In this document: positions 55,879 through 64,000 of the stretch, piece by piece
Layout: each line of letters opens with the position of its first letter
Numbering within the stretch: position 1 is the first letter of the stretch
Assembly: GCF_009914755.1 (NCBI RefSeq)
Contig: NC_060938.1
Source: the human T2T-CHM13v2.0 reference genome, Homo sapiens
Reading direction: 5' to 3' (one strand)
Length of the DNA: 64,000 nt
The notes under the pieces: generated by a model
What the model saw: only the letters and a program-made list of their open reading frames with translations
Database searches by the model: none
Told to the model about the DNA's origin: nothing
Translations under genes and position numbers: made by a program

Positions 55879-57653
55879 TTCAGCTACTCCTTGATGTTGG
55901 CTCTGAGGGCACCCCCATGAGACGCTGACCTACAGTGCTGGGGCATTCACTCAGCTCCCCAAACTTTGCTTCCGGGTGTCTGGCGCACTCCAGCAGCACC
56001 AGCAGTTTCCACCCGGCCCTGACTCTGCAGCTAAAGACCCACATGCCTAGACCAGGGCGTCTCCCTAGAAGGGCTTCTCCTGGAGATCTCTAGGGACTGA
56101 CTCCTTGGCAGGCTGGGCCGGGCTCTGGCTTCCATCCTTATCATTGGAAATCATCACCGGGCACTGGAACTAGAGGGTAAGAGGGGAGGGAGAAGTGCAG
56201 AGGCTGGACAGGCAAAGGACAGAGCAGGGCGGCCACTCCTGTGATCTCTGTGGCCAGCATGGCGACATCTGGTCCCACTTAGGAGTTTGTTTGACATTTG
56301 AGTGGACCCCAAAGCTTATGTGGTTTTTGGAGTCTTACGAAGAATTCAAAATAAATTCCTGCAGCTTGAAAAAGCGGAGGCCCATTCCTGGCCCTTTGGC
56401 CCAAAGTTGTGGGCACTGCCTCCCTCCCAGGGAGCTCCCAGAATGTCCCACCAGCCAAGAGTTGTGCCACTTGGGCCACCTCAAAGCCTCTCTGGGCGAC
56501 CACCGTTAGCAGCTTCCTGGCTGCATCAGGGCCCATGTCACGGGGGTCAGGGAAAGGGCTGCTTGTCAGACCCAGAGTTTCTGGGGGTGCGCCCCAGTGG
56601 AAGGGGAAACTACGTACCCACTTTTATGTCACCACCCCTTGTGGTGGTGACAAGACCTCTCGTGGGGCTAGGAGGGCTCTGAGAGGAAACAGATTCTGTG
56701 CCCTGGGAATTTTCTAAGAATTAGGGCCTGTGGGAACCCAGACAGCACGGACGCAGGAGCCTGCCTGGCTGGGAGGTCATGGCATGGAGCCCAGCCCAAG
56801 GAGGCCCCCTGAGCCAGCCGTCACCCCAGCTGCCCTCAGGATGGCTTTGCAGCTGACTGTGGGAGGGCAGGGGCCAACCTTGCTTTGCCTGCACAGAGTA
56901 GGCCCTAAGGGATGTAAGGCCACGTGAGGATTGGCCAGAATCAAAGGCTGCCAGGCAGAGAGGCCAGGCTGGGGCTGGTAGGGCACTCAAGAGAGATTCA
57001 GGTCCCCAAGGAGAGTCTCTAAGGATCCCTACAGGCCAATATTAAAGTTTTGGGTGCAGGCCCAGGGAGGTAACCAGCTGGGAATTCTGGGAATTGTCAG
57101 TTCAGTGGGCTCTGGCTAGCAGAGAGAGCAAATGAGCCTGAACAGCTGGGATATATAATTCAATCACTCTGACTCCCTAGAAGGTACCTCTCAGAGATCA
57201 TCTGAGTCCAGTCTTCCAGTTGACACCACTCAGCACACATTAGCCCAGTATCCAGCATCACTGTAGGGAACACATCTGGCTAGCAGTCTGGGAGAGCTGC
57301 TATTCCACCTGGGCCAAATCTGATCACACTAGCCCTTTGTTAAAAACCTCCCACAGCTCTCCACTGGCCTCTACAAGGCCCCCTGGCACCCATGTGCCTA
57401 CTTTCCTGTGCAGTCTAATTGTCCCCATCACCCCCACCTTGTCTCCACAACCATCCACAGCCAAGGCTTTGCTCCTCCAAGGATACAAGGTTTGTTGCTC
57501 CCCAGTTACCCTATGGATTTCACTTCGATGCCTTTGCCTGGGCTGCTCTCTCTGCCTAGAATGCCTTTCCTCTCTGGTCTACTGATTAAAATCCTTTGCA
57601 TACTCCAAGACTTCCAGATCAGATATTACCTTCTTTGTATAAAACCTCCCCTG

Positions 57654-57956
57654 GGCCAGGCAAGGTGGCTCACACCTGTAATCCCAGCACTTTAGGAGTC
57701 TGAGGTGGGCAGATCACAAGGTCAGGAAATTGAGACCATCCTGGCCAACACAGTGAAACCCCGTCTCTACTAAAAATTAGCTGGGCATGGTGGTAAGCAC
57801 CTGTAGTCCCAGCTACTCACTCGGGAGGTTGAGGCAGAAGAATTGCTTGAACCCAGGAGGCGGAGGCTGCAGTGAGCAGAGATTGTGCCACTGCACTACA
57901 GTTTGGCGACAGAGCAAGACTCCATCTCAAAAAACAAAACAAACAAAAAAAAAAAA
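57654..57956 (+). mobile_element. Alu (AluS-like)
   Basis: Alu body and A-rich tail. Confidence 0.95.
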
Positions 57957-58544
57957 CCCACCTCCTCTGACATCTACCCAGCCTTCCCTCATTCTCCATC
58001 TGCATCTGCTGTGATCACTTAGTACTGCCTGTCTCAGGTCGTTGGTTGTATCTCAGTCTTGGGTATCTAGAGGTTTCTTTCTTATTTCTCCTTGTGCCTC
58101 TACAGTCTAACACAGTGCCCAACATGTGGTATACAATTGATACTTGTTTCATTTAATCTGGAGTTTCACAAAAAGTGGGATGAGCCACTGAGGGTAGGAA
58201 AGGCATTTTAAGTTTACAGATCACAACATTCAACAATCTGAGTTACATGGTGAGAAAGTGATTCTCTTTTTGGTGATCCTTCTAACCTAATGATGTCAGT
58301 GAAAAAGGCCACGTCCTCCCCTCAACACACGCTAGTCCCCCTTCCAATAGAGGGAACTTGCCACAGAGTTGAGCTTCCTAAGACAATGAATGAAGTCTGA
58401 CTAGAACTTAAGAACATTTTGTTTTCATTTCAATTTTCCTACAGTTATCTTCTCTTTATAACAAGTGGTACTGCTTTCAACTTATGATAATGATACAAAG
58501 TTTCCTTTCAGTTATGAATTTATTTATGGAGAAAAATGAGTCAA

Positions 58545-59400
<856 letters not shown>

Positions 59401-59513
59401 TATTTTAACAGAATATAAAGTTAAAGAAAAATAATAACAGAACAAGAGGGAAAGGTAGAGAAAAATATTATACAGGTGGTCTGCTGTGAGGCTGGTTCAA
59501 AAAACCCTATAGA

Positions 59514-59868
59514 GGCCAGGCGTGGTGGCTCACACCTGTAATCCCAGCACTTTGGGAGGCCAAGGTGGGTGTAGTGCTTAAGCTCAGGAGTTTGAGACCA
59601 GCCTGGCCAACATGGCGAAACCCCATCTCTACTAAAAATACAAAAAATTAGCGGGGTGTGGTGACGTGCGCCCATAATCCCAGTTACTAGGGAGGCTGAG
59701 GCACGAGAATTGCTTGAGCCTCGGGGGTGGAGGTTGTAGTGAACCGAAATAATGTCACTCCAGCCTGAGTGACAGGGCAAGAGACTCTATCTCAAAAAAA
59801 AGAAAAAAAAAAAAAAGAAAAAAAGAAAGAAAGAATAAAGAAAAGAAAAGAAATGAAATGAAAAAGAA
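59514..59868 (+). mobile_element. Alu (AluS-like) with a long A/G-rich tail
   Basis: TSD aaaccct(a/g)taga. Confidence 0.95.
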
Positions 59869-61139
59869 ACCCTGTAGACTGTAAATTTCATTAGCGTAGG
59901 GACGGTGTCCACTCTGGTCACTGCTGTATCCCAAATACCTAGCATCAAGCCTGGCACAAACTTAATAAGTCTTTATTATGTGCAATAAATCTTTTCTACA
60001 TTGAAAGTTCCATGAGGACAGAGTATGCCTGTCTTGGTCACTGCTATATCCTCAAGATCCAGTATAGGGCCTGGGTATAGAAGTTCTTCCAAAATATTTG
60101 TCGAATGAATGAAGAAGCTCCAGTAGCAGTGGTGCAGTTCCAAGATTCACCAGGAGGTGGCACTTGGTCCCTGGCTGTCTGCAGCTCACAAGGCAATGAA
60201 TGGCCAACCTGATCAGCCTGACTAGAAGCCATTAGCCAGAATGGACCAGGGTGGAGGAAGAGAATAAACAAGATGACCCCTCAGGTCCTCCCCAGCTGAC
60301 ATGGAGTGGCTGACTGGAGTGTCAGGGAACCCACTCTTTATCAAAGCTGCAGAAGACAATGTGGGGGAGGAGCCTGACCAGTGTGTCATGTGATGTGTGC
60401 ACCTGTGTACAGCAGGTGGCACCCAGCCCATGTCTTCACATGCCTGTTCACATCCACCAGCTTTGTTGTAGTGACAATTCGCTTTATTTCATGACTTCTA
60501 ATAGTGCACCCTCCAGCCCCCACGCTCCACTTCCCCACCTTCCCCCGCACCTCACCTGCACCTAAATGCCTGCAGTACAAGCTCCTCCCTGCTCCAGCCC
60601 AAGCTATGTCTCTAGGTTCCCCTACACCAAAGCTGCAGTGCTACCCCTGGGCCAGTGCCAACAGTAAAAAGCCCTTGTCCTTGGGCAGTGCTACATCTGC
60701 ACACCACCCTCACCTCCAGGCCCCCCTCCTGCCACCTCCCCTCTGCTTCCCCACATGCTGCCCACAGAGCCCCAGGGGCCCCAGGTCACAGGTCCCCTCT
60801 ACTCAGCTCTTCAGCTACAGTTGCCCCACTCCTTTGCACTTAACAGGAACCTTCCAGTACTAGAAAGCATCTGTTCATTTCTTCAACGTGATATTAAGTA
60901 ATTGGGTTGCTCTCCCAGCAGGAACAATGCCTTGGACTCTGGGCCTCCATCCCCTTTCCCATGCTCTGCACGCAGGATCCTTGGAAGCATGCATTCACTT
61001 GCACAGATCAGGAAAGGAAAACGCTGAAACACAGCAGGTGCTTTCCACTAAGACTTGTTGAATGATCCTATGTGTAAGCGACTTGGCAGTGCATGGGTCT
61101 ACTCTCTGCCTGCTTGAAGCTGGGCCTTCCATGGGCAGC

Positions 61140-61560
61140 AGGGAGTTCATCCACTCATTCAACAGATACCTAGAGAATACCAACCAGTGCAGGCACTATT
61201 CTAGGCACAAGAGACACAGAAATGGACACAACGAAGTCCCTGTTTGCATAGAGCTTGCATTAGTGTGGGCTGGGAGGCCAGGCCATAAACACATAAATAG
61301 GAATAGAACATATCAGATAGAATAAGTACTATGAAGAAACATAAAGCAGGGTGAAAGGAGAAAGAGGATGGGGCACGGGTGGCCAAAAGTCACTCTGAGC
61401 AGAAATCTGAAAGAGACAGAGCTCAATCCTGCTGAAATATGAGAAGAGCGCTCCAGCCAAGGAAAACAGAGCGCCAAGGAAAACAGAGCGCCAAGGCTGC
61501 GAAGTGCAAGGTCCTTGGAGTAGGACTCGGGGTACAAGTGTCTTTCATGCTGTTCCCCAG
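61140..61560 (-). mobile_element. L2 fragment
   Basis: ttcatccactcattcaacagatacc...gtgcaggcactattctaggcac is the reverse L2 3' end. Confidence 0.7.
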
Positions 61561-62543
61561 GACTAAACCCAACTGGCAAATCGGGCCCAGGCAAAGAGAG
61601 GCTGCCAAAGCCCTTCCCAGACTTCCCGATGGTGCCCCCACCCAGCCCCTCACTGCCCAGGGCTCAGTGCCCTCCATTCCAGAGGCACCTGCCATACCCA
61701 GGCAAGGCGGAGCGTGCCCGCAGCCATGATGATCCGATTGGGGATGGGGATTACTGGGGCATCTTCTCACTCTGCGACGGCGCCCGCGGTGGGCAGGGGG
61801 TGGTGCCCAGGGGGAGCAAAAAAGTAAATTGCAGGGTTGTGCGGTGGCTTAGCCCTGCAACGCGCCCAAGTCACGCTTACACCTAGATGCACAAGAGCAC
61901 ACTGATCCAATTCTCCACGCGCCCACTGTGTCGCAGCCTCATCAGGACACGCTTCCCGCCCAAAGTACCCAGAGCTCACGCCCACGCCCGCATCCAGCCC
62001 TCAGCGTGCGCAGGCCGACCCACGCCCCACGACACTTGTCCCGACGCACCAGCTTCGCTGCCGGCTCCCCTCCTGGAGACGCATCTACCTTCTCTCCATG
62101 GGGCCCCCGACACCTCCGCCAACCCGCGCTCTGAGCCAGCTCAACCTCCCCTGGGCGTCAAGAGCCTGGAGCGCCCACCCTCCTGCCCTCTCCCCGCTGC
62201 CTCTCAGATCCCGGCAGCGCTGCAAGAGTCTACAAGAGCTCGTTAGTTGCAGGCAGGAGGAACGCGGGCGAGTGGAGAGGCGCCTTGCGAAAGGATTTAA
62301 CGTCGGGGCTCCGGGAGAGTTGGTAAGAAAGGATGAGGATGATGATCTATCTGCCTTCAACTCTTCGAAAGCGGATCAAATCTTCCAATCCCGATTTTGG
62401 AACCTCGGGGCTGTTTCCCGAAGTACTAAAGACAGAGGGACGAGGGTATGAGAGCGGCGCCCTCTCCTCTCGCCTGCACGCCCCTCCACAAATGAGCCCT
62501 GGCTCCCCTCTGTACCCTCCAAACTTCCCTCTCCCATGCTCAC

Positions 62544-63037
62544 CCCGTGAGCCGCCCTCGCGGCGGGGTTGGGGGCGCAGCCCCAGACCGCTGTGGGGTC
62601 CCCAGGCGTGGGAGAGCCGGCGCGGCCCGGGTCCGGGGTGCTGGTTGCTGCTGGCCCAGGGGAGTGCTTCTCCGGGTCTGCGCAGGTGGCTGGACACGCC
62701 GCGACTGCTGCGCGCGGGACGGCCTCCTGGCCTCCGCCTCGGTGGGCCTCCTGGGGCTCCCCCAGCCCGGCTGGGCCCGCTCCACGGGCTGCAAGCCCGC
62801 GACAGGCGCGTCCTGCTCCCGGAACAGACTGTACACCTTGGCTGCAGCCGCTGCCGGGTAGCTGCCCCCAGGGCGCCGCAGTCGATTCGCGTCTCCACCA
62901 GCCGGCTCGTATCTCCCTACGGGGTCCCTTTGGGCATGACCCGCGCCCACGAAGAGAGCCAGGGTGAGCGGCAGGAAGCCTCTCCAGGGGTTCCGCAGGG
63001 CGCGCCCCGGGCTGCGGGCTTTGGTCCGCGGCCTCAT
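62544..63037 (-). CDS. LTBP2: LTBP2 exon 1, coding part (signal peptide and Pro/Arg-rich N-terminus), 494 nt
   Basis: ATG at 63037 in context gccATGa. Translates [39 protein letters not shown]...PPRGRLTG, which I recognise as the human LTBP2 N-terminus. Donor GG|GTGAGC at 62543; phase 2. Confidence 0.98.
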
Positions 63038-63324
63038 GGCGCGGGGCGGCTGGAGAGTGGTGCGCGCGGGCACCGCGAAGAGCTTTGTGGTCGGCACGCT
63101 GGACGCCCGCGGGCTGTTCTCCCGGCCCCGCCCGGCGGCCAGCTTCTCTGAGTCTAGGGGGCCCTGAAGCGGCCGACTGGGGGCCCGGCTCTCGGCGGAA
63201 CGAGGGCTGCGCGCCCCGAGCCTCGAGTCCGCGCTCCTACTCCAGCTGGGCTCGCACGGCTGCTGCACCTTCGCGCCTCCTCCCTGTGCCTGCAGCCGTC
63301 TGAAGGGGACCCGGACGGTTTTAT

Positions 63325-63362
63325 TTTTGGAAACCTCCCCCGGCTTTTTCGTCTCTTTTATC
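63325..63362 (-). promoter_or_regulatory. LTBP2: Putative LTBP2 core promoter: TATA-like GATAAAAG with inferred TSS about 30 nt downstream
   Basis: AT-rich patch within the GC-rich region upstream of the ATG; minus-strand GATAAAAG at 63362-63355. A TSS near 63330 (5' UTR about 0.3 kb) is inferred from spacing only. Confidence 0.45.
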
Positions 63363-64000
63363 CACACCAGGCCCCCTCCTCGGAGGGACAGCTCAGCCCC
63401 CTCATTACCGGAGAGGGAGCGAGGAATTCCAGCAACACCCACTTTGGCACCGGGAAGCCAGCGGGCGGCGAGCGGGCGGCGAGGGGGATTAACCCGTGCG
63501 GAGCAGGGGGCGGCGCGGGGCTGACCCAGGCGCTGGTCGGGCAGATGGCGCCTGCCACGACCGGGACACTGGGCCGCCTTTCTCCTGCTCTGGGCAAGTT
63601 CGAACTGCAGACCTGCCCCGAATCGTTCTCCCGCCCCTCGCCTCAGGGACCGTCTTTGGATCGGGGGACCCAGGCTGCAGCCTTGCAGGTCTGAAGGAAG
63701 CCGGGAGGGGCGCCGAGGCCCGCGTAGGGGAACAGGGCCGCCGCCCCCTCCGCTTGCGCCCTGGCCGCTGGGGGCGCCCTCCGCAGGGCCGGCCGGAGCG
63801 GGGGTGGCGCGGGGCGGGGCGCGGCGCGCGGAGCGCAGGGAGGTCCCGGGCGCGCCCCCTGGCGGAGCTGGCGGCCCTGGCGCTCCGTGGCTGCAATGCC
63901 CTGGCGCCGCCGCCTTCGCTCTGGATCTCAATCCCCTTCCACTGGCGTGAGGGTCACGCCTGAGCCTGGCGCGGTGATGGCTGCCGGTAGAAGAGGGGTC

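Larger units (their letters stand above)
61700..64000. promoter_or_regulatory. LTBP2: CpG island spanning the LTBP2 promoter, exon 1 and the start of intron 1
   Basis: Sharp rise in GC and CpG density (CGCG, GCGGCG runs) compared with the rest of the window. GC box GGGGCGGGGC at 63811-63820. Confidence 0.93.

Noticed and set aside
56627-56652. 10-bp inverted repeat tgtcaccacc/ggtggtgaca
   Set aside because: Within chance expectation for a 64-kb window.
63358-63405. 15-codon u[18 protein letters not shown] on the LTBP2 strand
   Set aside because: It lies upstream of the inferred main TSS near 63330, so it matters only if longer 5' ends exist, which the sequence cannot show.

Overview
Human (primate) genomic DNA holding the 5' part of LTBP2 (latent TGF-beta binding protein 2) on the minus strand. 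It contains the CpG-island promoter at about 61.7-64 kb and coding exons 1-8 (494, 71, 265, 191, 171, 207, 287 and 103 coding nt). All introns are GT-AG with consistent phases, giving codons 1-596 plus 1 nt; the gene continues beyond position 1. Introns 1-3 (about 7.8, 17.5 and 30.2 kb) are mostly interspersed repeats: 21 Alu elements including one AluYb8, plus L1, L2, MIR, MaLR/ERVL LTRs and Tigger/MER DNA transposons. Repeat boundaries and subfamilies are judged by eye and are approximate. I see no evidence for a new protein-coding gene or a new multi-gene system; the other ORF-track entries are repeat or GC artefacts. The most unusual signals are small: two 18-20 bp perfect inverted repeats, a 237-bp ~97%-identical duplication 5.1 kb apart, a 68-bp polyadenylated retro-insert with a 16-bp TSD, a tandemly duplicated DR1+NFI element, a duplicated copy of the exon 2 splice donor that would give a poison extension, a 421-bp pure-AT array grown from an Alu tail, and a stop-free in-frame 5' leader with a strong-context CUG.
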